Shown here piece after piece: positions 38,001 through 46,307 of a DNA stretch of 64,000 nucleotides. The notes below the pieces were generated by a model. It was not told where the DNA came from, ran no database searches, and was given only the letters and a program-made list of their open reading frames with translations. Position numbers and translations under genes: made by a program. This stretch comes from an uncultured virus (IMG/VR IMGVR_UViG_3300035162_003276). Taxonomy: Duplodnaviria; Heunggongvirae; Uroviricota; Caudoviricetes. The stretch lies in IMG/VR virus record IMGVR_UViG_3300035162_003276; one strand, 5' to 3'. Each line of letters starts with the position of its first letter. The stretch's first letter is position 1.

Positions 38001-40041
38001 TAGCAAGTTGGGAACAAAACTTTCCTCACAGGGGAACCGATACAGTCAACTCGACCTTTCACCAGAACAATGCAAAAGACTATTTTGCATTGCATATAAC
38101 TTAGGATATATGATTGGATTGGCAGCGGCAACGTGGAGTGGTTTTGGATCGCGTCCAGAAAAGTGGGGAACAGGCCAAACGCTGAAAGATAATCTCAACG
38201 ATGTTAGAGAGTTTATGCTTGACTTGACCGACGCAACTCGTCCCGGTCACCAAGCTGCGATAGATTTATGTGGCTCTGGTCCAGAACCACCAGAACCAGA
38301 AACGGGAGTCGCTTGTATCAACGGTCAATGTGAAGTCATAACAAGAGAAGAAGCAGAAACTCTTGGACTTACGATCATACTGGATCAAGTTTTCTGTGGT
38401 GATGGTTCACAACCAGCAATTCCACCACTAGAAGACGGTCAATATATTCCATGTTTGACTTGTGTCGATATCCCGTTAGATTCTTGTAGTCCATGTTCAG
38501 ACTGTATAGAACCAAACCCAATCGTGCAGGTCGGCGCGGGTAGTTTCGTTGCGGATGTGGATCCAGCAGATGGGAATGCAGACCCCTCGATAATATCCAT
38601 CGCCCCGCCATGCAATACCGATGAAGTAGCACCAGATTTCCCACCAAATCCACCTTCGGGATCCACTGTCACAATTAGGAATTTGAGATCGGGAATATAT
38701 TCGGGTGATATTTTCTTTCCAACTGATTCCGGCTGGGATGGAGATTTGATATTTGCATTTCAGAATCAACAATCAGCATGTGCAATGAATTTGTCTTATG
38801 TTTGGGAAAAGAGTACCGATGGGGGTAATCAGTGGTTAGAATACCAAGTCTTTGATCTTTTCTTAAATGGCGAATCACAAAGACCCGCATCGTCCGCCGA
38901 TTTTCGGCAGACCCAGCTCGATGGAGACATTGGCGATCAATTTAGACTTAGAGTCAACTGGTCTTCTTCGTGCCCGGAGACATCTCCCTTTAGTGAAACA
39001 AAAATTGTTAACGTCAGAGATGTGAATGCCGGGGGCGGGTCGATCGGAATTCCTTACATCATAACCATAGGCAGGGACTGCGAAGATTCAGGTGGCGGAT
39101 GCACTTGCACACCGCCAGATATCGAGATACAGTCGGAAGTTTGTGGATCGTTCGATTTCGAAGCATGTTGGTATCCAGTAGGAGTGCAATTTATTTTCTC
39201 GGTTCCTATTGAAAACCGATTGCCGTTGTCACCACCAGAATGTGTTCCGGTGCTTGGGCAGGCTACAATTACAGATCGACAAGGGGTTTCGATTGATTAC
39301 ACATTGGGGGACTGTTTTGACAGTTCAAATGTTGGACCTGTCCTTCAAAGAGGTGAATTGGTTCTGCGTGTTCCATTTTCAAATTGTTTTGGTAGTGGTG
39401 TAAAAGAAGTTCCGTTCTCGATAGGAACTCTCGGATCAGGGACACTTTGCACCGGGGAAGGGCCCGGATCTCCGACAGGTCAGGTTGATGGTGCGATTGA
39501 AGTGCTTCCTTGGTTGTGTGAGGATGATCCCTTGCAACCGGGATGTGTAGCATGTGATTGTTATGGTCAGGCCATATCAGGAACATATGGACCACTTGGT
39601 GCTGGTGGTGGATTCGTGTTTAATATACCAAATGATGCACAACATCAACCCTTGTTCGAAACACTAGGACTGAGAGAAATCAATACGATCGAGGGGGGTA
39701 GTACCACAATTAAGTTTAAGTTTGCTACTGCCAACAATGCCTTGAACTTCTTTGAGAACTGGAGTAAGACATTCGGAAACTCCGATCAGACGTTCCCAAA
39801 TGATTGGAAGATGCAAGTCAGGCTTGGTGGAGATGTCTTAGTCCCCCTCAATAACCTCATTTCGCCCAATCCAACCGAAGACCCTGTGTCAAGCGGTCAA
39901 GTGGTCTATAATCCAATCGAAGATTCAGGATTGGTTGTCAAGTTTATCGGTGGCAATGTTCAGAACTTCACGAATGATATACTTGGACAAGAAGACCCGC
40001 CCGAAATAATAGAAGGAACGTACACCATATTCCTACCATAA
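32005..40041 (+). CDS. giant (2678-aa) multi-domain protein, candidate virion glycoside hydrolase
   Basis: Uninterrupted ORF; repeated strand-D/N-x-E units, EF-hand loop DLDGDGVVDGDE, Cys-rich C-terminal part. Confidence 0.75.
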   Translation: MGDVIPGGGGENPLDDFCIENPNSILCPGGIGWPGSGGGGGGDEDCAIEFPDPDIFAADYDATFTNWYWTSPQLHGFEEVAIAPKQVEVDTDIFVQKLYSVDARGRLGHAGRTNGPQGDTSEYDTPVTITSIEDYAVSAARGLVAQIIADDYPNVIGFTFYALGGTIRQEVGPYDYTDANQLGNDLGSAQKIQYFSQVTPGSDDTNDGSAGGDFSPNEFSPALGFHQDDAISEVEYPNGTGFSPFLRISPSNQSISNTSSIDGIAANKTHSTPYVAWTPWYENGISETTRWTNAFITEYQRLQQEVFLENGRVIKNPVRCWLDSELFPKTYNQQHDKTFGLCQLDPRYSTELIPGFNKTLKQIVEGTVDQYLDIDEDTTVFDGAGQKVSLSSWTWEEEENGHNGFAYRYTQSEVVKGSFPYTLPQKNDGSWITVGSGKWWKNQVTSLPDLSGARRYDFLTFNSWYQSLLTTAFDAALEESVYEPLRAAFPTIKCSNYGSKDLSLPQPMDANNPVSFLGSVRPDVNDNKVYWSREFGGPIISPYIYSVDDNYDPNIEDPYDKRKDYYSNYIDTLLFESSSIEERSLLSSSISPYSRDGVGTLEFEKSPENIVPWIQRPTTIESNIVDSEETVCDFIRMLRSKGIKEVISWNAAALDQIDDSNSEFNLPGRLGDFDDIYDATARSSITNTNDIKCCRVPSNDSGGWYFQDLGYHFNESGGEITGRAIKNRNDASTYFNTAFPKGGGWSLITMSSDSVSANVDPSSNNQDSPGVGGGIGSPLPAINFRSSSPADRTQVKNLGPIDYEKYITKVEQQVKNLITTRVQSNPYRNSSSRTSDTIVLDVEIELFDVPFVTETGQAFLRNCGSELPETNNGQEPFGDAVRLPGIFWGLNGTRAEKTSKWDIMKDCIIRLIQHTKSVVGHDRVTFYDGPFRFFQNDLWTLLDPSKYNGRALFGEGRPAEAVRLGIADPGIQEIMAENQYHNMAWYTAKFAHKKFIWDELVNAISEYGDTGVIWTAPSYYTTNPNSGQTDMFDGWSDMPNEYIQIGESTNWERITEGVDLPTNNAMLLNRGIIKYMGDTARASQVKIFNWLRGSVYDDLGVFAPFDEKIDLDTEEGDRIFNEENSLILNSTISNSEYLNGYVFGVTRNDYFVYYDYLFNGLFADSLEEPITIPECNMDISYFTTVRAGEGNNGGVIGSDTSFNQGEIGNVFYLPSFALEASSATTDDDYRNATISDIQDRINTFLLERDAAGRLLSDYINEECKGKIVINVEHPFSYGQAGNDFPDEDSLENLQWFTEGFIKRIMAARELFPNAQLGIYALGTVHPFGSPGQFETDNPWRFDPLGGQDIQNLPWLNRHLKAMDYTFDGKTITEVADFILPIHWNVNFSKDSSSYTKLLEGRKTYQAKYLIDEILMKHRENHPNNPLDVIPAVSFVSINPPSGESVKVDSKELNRQLFRQFAQYSLPRSKYFITEVASFFDPLDAASAPASKATLENECSGSEYYPFIPDHRPLIFNGIWTQQSPKSWTSNDPTVEMAGGADGARQWGEPNRERYTRRTDPTQGNGVDDYQLTGDVFNANGVLTLCEEIIIPLIEQGFSRFQITNTSGFVNNSGYGKPGDAAEDLDGDGVVDGDEVGGTSTGMRAFPCNTFTGMSVPWAPNYRSNVGPVEGYINTGHCAWNPGPIRGQRSSEPFAHGLLQNTDLDVLGTPVTKPQCWLPTPFNPEGTPGVVNTPGVLPNGQGNSPECWRVAIARCKEVAEENGITDLEFAAYSGWRIPYVSKEAYEDARNRHENGELPSENNYDRVSMGIDYKNQLNDLRDKCGFLSSDVAGNRLFSPDRIPEIRFWDYGWWDNELIPLKELGFTGVGFDAGSNAWAEAQAAGLEPDDLIEKAKGYGLKNQYEAVPLVFNSGDGPLGPGSNYRLHGVDRNGNGSPDGRYEIARYWGLFPTFWGCINDLGGEQILDFEGVPIDRIGGKRSLETCSVNLDKSKHEIGVIFDFSKLGTKLSSQGNRYSQLDLSPEQCKRLFCIAYNLGYMIGLAAATWSGFGSRPEKWGTGQTLKDNLNDVREFMLDLTDATRPGHQAAIDLCGSGPEPPEPETGVACINGQCEVITREEAETLGLTIILDQVFCGDGSQPAIPPLEDGQYIPCLTCVDIPLDSCSPCSDCIEPNPIVQVGAGSFVADVDPADGNADPSIISIAPPCNTDEVAPDFPPNPPSGSTVTIRNLRSGIYSGDIFFPTDSGWDGDLIFAFQNQQSACAMNLSYVWEKSTDGGNQWLEYQVFDLFLNGESQRPASSADFRQTQLDGDIGDQFRLRVNWSSSCPETSPFSETKIVNVRDVNAGGGSIGIPYIITIGRDCEDSGGGCTCTPPDIEIQSEVCGSFDFEACWYPVGVQFIFSVPIENRLPLSPPECVPVLGQATITDRQGVSIDYTLGDCFDSSNVGPVLQRGELVLRVPFSNCFGSGVKEVPFSIGTLGSGTLCTGEGPGSPTGQVDGAIEVLPWLCEDDPLQPGCVACDCYGQAISGTYGPLGAGGGFVFNIPNDAQHQPLFETLGLREINTIEGGSTTIKFKFATANNALNFFENWSKTFGNSDQTFPNDWKMQVRLGGDVLVPLNNLISPNPTEDPVSSGQVVYNPIEDSGLVVKFIGGNVQNFTNDILGQEDPPEIIEGTYTIFLP

Positions 40042-40049
40042 TAAAGTAG

Positions 40050-40057
40050 TATAAATA
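40050..40057 (+). promoter_or_regulatory. T4-type late promoter
   Basis: TATAAATA 5 nt before the gp25 ATG. Confidence 0.75.
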
Positions 40058-40062
40058 CTCAC

Positions 40063-40476
40063 ATGGCATACCAAGAAAAAACGACAAAGGCAAATGTAAA
40101 GTATAGGGACTTGGATTTTTCTTTCTTTAGAAATCCAGTAACGCGGGATGTGTCTGTTAAAAACAACACAGAGGCAATAAAAAGTTCAGTTCGCAACTTG
40201 GTCATGACTAACAAATACGATCGACTCTTTCAGCCGTCTTTAAATTCTGGTGTCACCGAAAAACTTTTCGAAAACATAACACCCCAGATCGCGTATACCC
40301 TGAAAGATGATATCGAAAATACATTGAAGACATATGAACCCAGAATTAAACTGGTCAATGTCATGATTGGTAGAAGTGAAGAGGATGAAAACACTCTAGT
40401 GGTTATCATACAATATAATATTTTAAACGAAAGTAATCTCATCACGCAAAATATCAGTATTGATAGGATACGATAA
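40063..40476 (+). CDS. 25: baseplate wedge subunit gp25
   Basis: YRDLD.SF..NP...D...AIK.SV.NLV.T...R.F.P...YEPR. Confidence 0.95.
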   Translation: MAYQEKTTKANVKYRDLDFSFFRNPVTRDVSVKNNTEAIKSSVRNLVMTNKYDRLFQPSLNSGVTEKLFENITPQIAYTLKDDIENTLKTYEPRIKLVNVMIGRSEEDENTLVVIIQYNILNESNLITQNISIDRIR

Positions 40477-42287
40477 TGGCAAACACACCAATAACAGAAC
40501 TAGACTTCGATGCCATTAAAGCATCCCTGAGAAATCACTTTACTTCACAGGGGTACTTTACTGATTATGATTTCGAGGGTTCTGCTCTCAGTGTTCTCAT
40601 TGATGTGATGGCATACAACACCCACTACATGGGGTTCTATGCAAACATGGTTGCTAATGAAATGTTCTTGGACAGTGCAGTGAAAAGGCAATCTGCTGTT
40701 TCACTTGCAAAGCATCTAGGGTACACTCCATCTTCGATCAAGTCTTCGAGTGTTGTCGTTGATATCAAGACAGGTGAATCATACGCATCAAACACATATC
40801 TCCCTGCATACACGGTAATAAATGGCGGCGGATATAGTTTTGTGTCACTTGCTCCAGTTCTCCAGACAGAAGACACGGACGGCAACGGAATATACTCAAG
40901 TGCATCTTTCACTGAAGGTGAATACAGAACAACTTCCTACCTCTTTGACACATCAGTTTCAGATCAAAAATTTAGAATCCCTGATTTAGATGTAGATACA
41001 TCTACGATTAGACTTGTGGTCCAGACTTCAACTACAGATCCATCTGGAGTTTCGACTCCGTGGACTCTTGTATCCGACATAACTTCACTCACATCATCAA
41101 GTGAGGCATACTTCTTACAAGAAAGTAGAGATGGATTCTACGAAATATACTTTGGTGATGGAGTTCTAGGAAAGAAACCATCAAACGGAAACGTAATTAC
41201 AATTGCGTATGTCGTCTCTAGTGGTGAAGAATCAAACGGTCTCGGGCAGACCGATAGTGAAGCAAGAAGAACATTTGCATCTTCTGTTGGCACAGTGGAA
41301 GTTATAACCCCCGCTAGTGGTGGGGCGGAACGACAGACGAAGCAAAATGTTAAATTCACAGCACCACTATCTTATCAAGCACAGAACAGAAATGTAACCG
41401 AGAATGACTATGTTGCGGCTGTGCGATCAACATATGCGAATGCAGAGTCCGTGTCTGTCTACGGTGGCGAAACATCCGTTCCACCACAATACGGAAAAGT
41501 TTTCGTCTCAGTCAAACCAAACAACGGACTAATTCTTACAGACACGGAAAAGGCAAGCATTCTGAGTGCGTTACAATCGAAGAACCTAGTTTCAATTACA
41601 CCAGAAATTATTGATGCCGAATACCTCTATCTGAATGTGAATTGCTTAGTCACCTACGACCCAACGAAAACGATACTCTCCAGTGAGGGTATCCGAGGTT
41701 CCGTGATTTCTGCAATCTTAGATCACGGCGACAACAGACTAGAAAGATTCAACGAAGACTACATCAACTCCAGACTATCGAGAGTGATAGACTTCCTTGA
41801 ACCATCTATAATCGGAAACCAACTCACAATTAGCATGGAGAAAAGAATAACTCCAATCCTTGGGAGTGGTACAGGAAACACTGTTCGATTCCGAAACAAA
41901 ATTTTCCATCCACACGACGGACACATTCCAGTTGTTACTTCCAACACATTCCAACACAAAAACTCATCAGGTAGCATCTTAAATTGCTACTTTACTGATG
42001 ATGGATATGGAATCATTAATCTGTTTACAAGTGTGGGTGGATCGCAGGTTCTTGTTGCCTCTAACATCGGAACCATTGATTATGATACAGGAATACTTTC
42101 ACTCAACAGCACCTTTGTTCCGGTTGGATATGTTTCAAACGATTACATATCAATAACCGCAAAGCCGTCGGATCAGGATGTCTTGGCAAGAGAAAACACA
42201 ATCATTACCATTGACTCCTTCGATGACTCAGTGACTTGTTCTGTAATCACAACAACTGATCGAAGAGATAACATCGGAACCTATTAA
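40476..42287 (+). CDS. 6: baseplate wedge subunit gp6
   Basis: ELDFD.IK...FTDYDFEGS.LS.LID..AYNTHY..FYANM..NE.FLDSA; AQNR.VT..DY; PPQYGKV. Confidence 0.97.
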   Translation: MANTPITELDFDAIKASLRNHFTSQGYFTDYDFEGSALSVLIDVMAYNTHYMGFYANMVANEMFLDSAVKRQSAVSLAKHLGYTPSSIKSSSVVVDIKTGESYASNTYLPAYTVINGGGYSFVSLAPVLQTEDTDGNGIYSSASFTEGEYRTTSYLFDTSVSDQKFRIPDLDVDTSTIRLVVQTSTTDPSGVSTPWTLVSDITSLTSSSEAYFLQESRDGFYEIYFGDGVLGKKPSNGNVITIAYVVSSGEESNGLGQTDSEARRTFASSVGTVEVITPASGGAERQTKQNVKFTAPLSYQAQNRNVTENDYVAAVRSTYANAESVSVYGGETSVPPQYGKVFVSVKPNNGLILTDTEKASILSALQSKNLVSITPEIIDAEYLYLNVNCLVTYDPTKTILSSEGIRGSVISAILDHGDNRLERFNEDYINSRLSRVIDFLEPSIIGNQLTISMEKRITPILGSGTGNTVRFRNKIFHPHDGHIPVVTSNTFQHKNSSGSILNCYFTDDGYGIINLFTSVGGSQVLVASNIGTIDYDTGILSLNSTFVPVGYVSNDYISITAKPSDQDVLARENTIITIDSFDDSVTCSVITTTDRRDNIGTY

Positions 42288-44002
42288 TGCCGACAGGAGA
42301 CGCTAGACACTCATTCCTTCCACTGTCCATCCGTGCCGGGGGCCTTGCCCCGGAGGGTGCAAGTGTTGTCTCGTCTATGGAATCTCGCAGAAAAGAGAAT
42401 CCATATAAACTTCCAAACTTTATAGAACAACAACTACCGGACTTTGTTACGACAGAGTATCCAGAGTTTGTTATGTTTTTGAAATCATACTTTGAGTTCA
42501 TGGAAGAAACTGACAGATCACCCGGCCGAGCAATCGACCAAATGAGAAACTATGGTGACATCGACAAAACCATAGATGAGTTCACTTCAAATTTTAGAGA
42601 TGTTTACCTCAAGAATTTCCCAGTCGCACTTGCGACTGGTGTGTCTTTCCAGAATGTTCTAAAGAACATCAAAGACTTTTATCGTGCCAAGGGAACCGAG
42701 GACTCATTTAAATTTCTCATGGCAATTGTCTTTGGTGTTGACCTTGATTTTTACTATCCAAAAGAAGATATTCTCAGAGCATCTGATGGTAACTATGTAA
42801 GTGAAACTTCTATAATTTGCTCTAGATCGACGGGGGAAACATTATTTTCCGCAGAGAACACAAGAGTGATTCAGCAAGATCCATACACGAAGGGAACCTC
42901 TGCGTCAGCAAGAATTGTTCGTGTAGAATTTATTGAACGAGACGGCGTAGAACTTGCAGAGATTTTTGTTGATGATGTTCGGGGTGATTTTGTTTTAGAT
43001 TTTAAACTGACGTTCACAATAAATGGACTGACCTACAAAGAAACTCTGTTCAATACATTCTCGAACATCAAGATAACCGCAGGTGGACTCGAATATAAAA
43101 GTGGGGATGTTGTTAAAATAAATTCATCCATCTTCAAAAACTTTGAAGGTAGAGTTTCAAAGGTTGGTATAAACGGAAACGTAAAGGGCATTGAAGTCAT
43201 AAAGCCAGGAAAGACTTTTACGAGCAGTGAGTTGCCACTTACAATTAATTCATCAAGTGGAAGTGGGTTTAGTGGATCCGTGCAGGCGGGAGTCCTAAAC
43301 GATTATCCAGAATACTTTGCAGACAGCAAGGGAATGCTTTCATCTACTAATGTCCTACAGGACAATAATTACTACCAAGTTTATTCTTACGTCCTGAAGG
43401 CAGAAATATCTCTAAACAAGTACAAAGATATTTTCAAGAAAATCATCCACCCTGCTGGTATGAAAATGTTTGGTCAGGTTGACTTGCTTCGAACACTGGA
43501 CTGGAATGAAAATAACTTCTCTATGTTCGAGAGAATTGAAATTCCAGTCATCGGTCACTATACACCTTATAAATTTTCAACAGAAAAAAATCTCCGCGAC
43601 AACGAAGTAACCTCAGCCGGTTCGTGGTTGGGTGCGACTGGTGACCTCTATCCACTTGGATATAATCCAATAGCAGCAACGGGACCAACGGGTTCGGTAT
43701 TCAATGCGGGCAATCAGGGAATCACTTTTGTTACCGTTCCCGAATCTGGAATTACGTCACACGATCCACTAGGAAAACCACTAGGTTCTACAGGAACCGA
43801 GGGATACACATCGGCACATGCCTCTGGATTTGCTTTCTGGAATATCTATCACCACCCCAACACAAGAGGACTAGATAATATACCGGCAGGCATTTCTTTT
43901 GATGGAATTACACTTTGCAATTTCTTCAGAATGCGATTGGGACAACTCTACAGATCAGATCAAGGTTATACTGGCGCAACAGGCGCAAGTCCAAACTTCT
44001 AA
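42287..44002 (+). CDS. baseplate wedge subunit (gp7-like)
   Basis: QLPDFV...F..F...Y; KDFYRAKGT; QDNNYYQ.YSY; IHPAG. Confidence 0.85.
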   Translation: MPTGDARHSFLPLSIRAGGLAPEGASVVSSMESRRKENPYKLPNFIEQQLPDFVTTEYPEFVMFLKSYFEFMEETDRSPGRAIDQMRNYGDIDKTIDEFTSNFRDVYLKNFPVALATGVSFQNVLKNIKDFYRAKGTEDSFKFLMAIVFGVDLDFYYPKEDILRASDGNYVSETSIICSRSTGETLFSAENTRVIQQDPYTKGTSASARIVRVEFIERDGVELAEIFVDDVRGDFVLDFKLTFTINGLTYKETLFNTFSNIKITAGGLEYKSGDVVKINSSIFKNFEGRVSKVGINGNVKGIEVIKPGKTFTSSELPLTINSSSGSGFSGSVQAGVLNDYPEYFADSKGMLSSTNVLQDNNYYQVYSYVLKAEISLNKYKDIFKKIIHPAGMKMFGQVDLLRTLDWNENNFSMFERIEIPVIGHYTPYKFSTEKNLRDNEVTSAGSWLGATGDLYPLGYNPIAATGPTGSVFNAGNQGITFVTVPESGITSHDPLGKPLGSTGTEGYTSAHASGFAFWNIYHHPNTRGLDNIPAGISFDGITLCNFFRMRLGQLYRSDQGYTGATGASPNF

Positions 44003-44010
44003 GGTAAAAC

Positions 44011-46293
44011 ATGGCAAACGGATTTCAAACTGGGTTCGGAGAAAAAATAGCAACTGACGTTTACGATTCAATCGTAAGTGGTTCAGACAATTATTTTGTG
44101 TTCATTGGTAAAGTCGATCCTTGGGACGACGAGAGCGATCCACCTGCTATCGTTGATTCAGTACGAGGCCAGTTCGATGGACAGAGAAATGCCATCGCTC
44201 TAAAGAAGATAGAACCATTCGATGTGATCTATGTGATTCCGAGATACAACTGGGGAAGTGGAACTGTATACAAAAAGTTTGAAGATGACGAAGACTTGAC
44301 AGGTGAACAGTACTACGTTCTGGTTGACAGTAAAAGAATATACATGTGCATTGACAACAACAATGGATCAAAGTCCACTGTTAAACCAACACACACTGAC
44401 GCAGAAATCAAACAAGTCGGCAACGACGGATACAAGTGGAAGTACCTCGGCAACATCACAAGTGAGTGTAAAGGTTTCTTGACCACAGACTACATGCCAG
44501 TGAAATTTGTCAAGGACAGAACTCTAGGGGAAGACTCGACACAATACAATGTGCAAAAGTCAGCCGTCGCAGGATCCATTATTCGTGCTGAATTAGCAGC
44601 AGGAACCAACACGGCAGTATTTTCCGCTGCATACAAAGAGGGTGAAGCAAAACCTGTCGCTAGTGGAAACACTGGTGAAATGAATAGAGTTTATCTAAAC
44701 AAAGCAGCAGCACCAAACCAACCCGCAACTTATTACGACAACTATGACGTTTACATCTCGGGTGGTCGTGGTCCAGAAGTCGGACAGAAAAGAAGAATTA
44801 TAAACTATGTCTTCACTAGCGAAGATGGACCATATGTCCAAGTAGACAGGTCGTTCGACAGTGAACTATATCCAGATCAAACCGGCGGCAACCCAGACTC
44901 AAACAATATTGCATCCCAATACCTAATCACACCAAGGATAGTTCTTTATGGTGATGGTATTTCTGCTGACATAAGAGGTAAAGTAAATTCAACTGGCAAG
45001 ATATCTAATCTGGCTATACTAAACCGTGGAACTGGATATAAGTCAGCAGAGGCAGTTCTTATCACTACACCCGACACGGGAGTATCACCGACATTCGACA
45101 TTGAAGTTTTTGAAACGGGAGGTCTTGGTCACAACATTCTCAAAGACCTAAACGCGAAGTCTATTCTTATCTCTTCTAGTTTTGATGGCAACGAGGAGTC
45201 AAAGATATCGGTTGCAAATGACATTAGACAATTTGGATTGATTAAAAATCCGAAGTTGAATGACGGGACAAATAGAGTTGCGGGCACAGAGTTCCCGGTC
45301 AGAAAAACAATTACAGTAAGCAAACCAGCAACCGTTGGTGCTAGTTATAACTTCACTCAAGAGAACGCCACGTTTAAGCCAGGCAGAATTATTTTGGGCG
45401 AGGAAACTAAATCAACTGCAACTGTAACACAATTCAATAAAACACCAACCGGATTTGTTGAACTTGTAATAGAGGATGTACGAGGAAGTTTCAGAGACCC
45501 AGATGAAACAAAGACCGAAGTCAGATTCACATTCAACGCCGCCACTGGCAGTGACTCTGGTGGGAACTTCTTGATTAATGAAAACATATCACAGTATACC
45601 GGAACAGGTGGCACTGCTGAGGGTGTTGTTCTTTCTTGGAACGAGGTCACACGAGAACTAGAAGCCGAGGTGACGGAAGGTAACTTTACGTCGAGTGGAC
45701 AAGTAGAAGGTGCAACATCACTTTCCAACTACAGTGACCTACTACGAGTCGAACCAAAGGGCGGGGAACTGTTGAAAGTTATAGACCCGACTGGTGATTA
45801 CTCATTCGTAAGACTCGGTGCTGAGAGTAGCATTTCTAGAATTTATGCAAGCAAGAATGAAGTAGACAGAAACAGCAGAAACCCAATCTACGACCTGACC
45901 ACTAAACTAATCGTGCAGGGTAATGTGGATGGCGGATCTCCTACTGGATTCACAATTAAAAATGATACTTTTACCAAAGACGAGTTAATCCTTCAGGGAA
46001 ATACCCTAGATAATAATAGAGCAACAGGGAAAGTTGTTGATTGGGTTTACACATCGGGAGCAACTGGTGAGTTAATTCTTTCGGCAGTCGTTGGGTCCTT
46101 CGTCACGGGATCTGATGGTTCTTCCGCAGGTTTCTCCGGTGGGGATATTTCCTTCACGAACAAATTTGTAACCGACATCACCCAACCACAAGTAGTACCA
46201 ACCTCGGGTGAAGTCTTATACATACAGAATATAAAAGACGCCGATAGAAACGTCGAGCAGTCTGAAGAGATTAGAATAGTCCTGAACTTCTAA
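44011..46293 (+). CDS. 8: baseplate wedge subunit gp8
   Basis: FIGK..PW...PRYNW.SG..Y...Y.C..NN...S...P...DGYKWKY; RQFGL..NP; SGE.LY. Confidence 0.92.
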   Translation: MANGFQTGFGEKIATDVYDSIVSGSDNYFVFIGKVDPWDDESDPPAIVDSVRGQFDGQRNAIALKKIEPFDVIYVIPRYNWGSGTVYKKFEDDEDLTGEQYYVLVDSKRIYMCIDNNNGSKSTVKPTHTDAEIKQVGNDGYKWKYLGNITSECKGFLTTDYMPVKFVKDRTLGEDSTQYNVQKSAVAGSIIRAELAAGTNTAVFSAAYKEGEAKPVASGNTGEMNRVYLNKAAAPNQPATYYDNYDVYISGGRGPEVGQKRRIINYVFTSEDGPYVQVDRSFDSELYPDQTGGNPDSNNIASQYLITPRIVLYGDGISADIRGKVNSTGKISNLAILNRGTGYKSAEAVLITTPDTGVSPTFDIEVFETGGLGHNILKDLNAKSILISSSFDGNEESKISVANDIRQFGLIKNPKLNDGTNRVAGTEFPVRKTITVSKPATVGASYNFTQENATFKPGRIILGEETKSTATVTQFNKTPTGFVELVIEDVRGSFRDPDETKTEVRFTFNAATGSDSGGNFLINENISQYTGTGGTAEGVVLSWNEVTRELEAEVTEGNFTSSGQVEGATSLSNYSDLLRVEPKGGELLKVIDPTGDYSFVRLGAESSISRIYASKNEVDRNSRNPIYDLTTKLIVQGNVDGGSPTGFTIKNDTFTKDELILQGNTLDNNRATGKVVDWVYTSGATGELILSAVVGSFVTGSDGSSAGFSGGDISFTNKFVTDITQPQVVPTSGEVLYIQNIKDADRNVEQSEEIRIVLNF

Positions 46294-46307
46294 TGGATAG
46301 AGAATAG

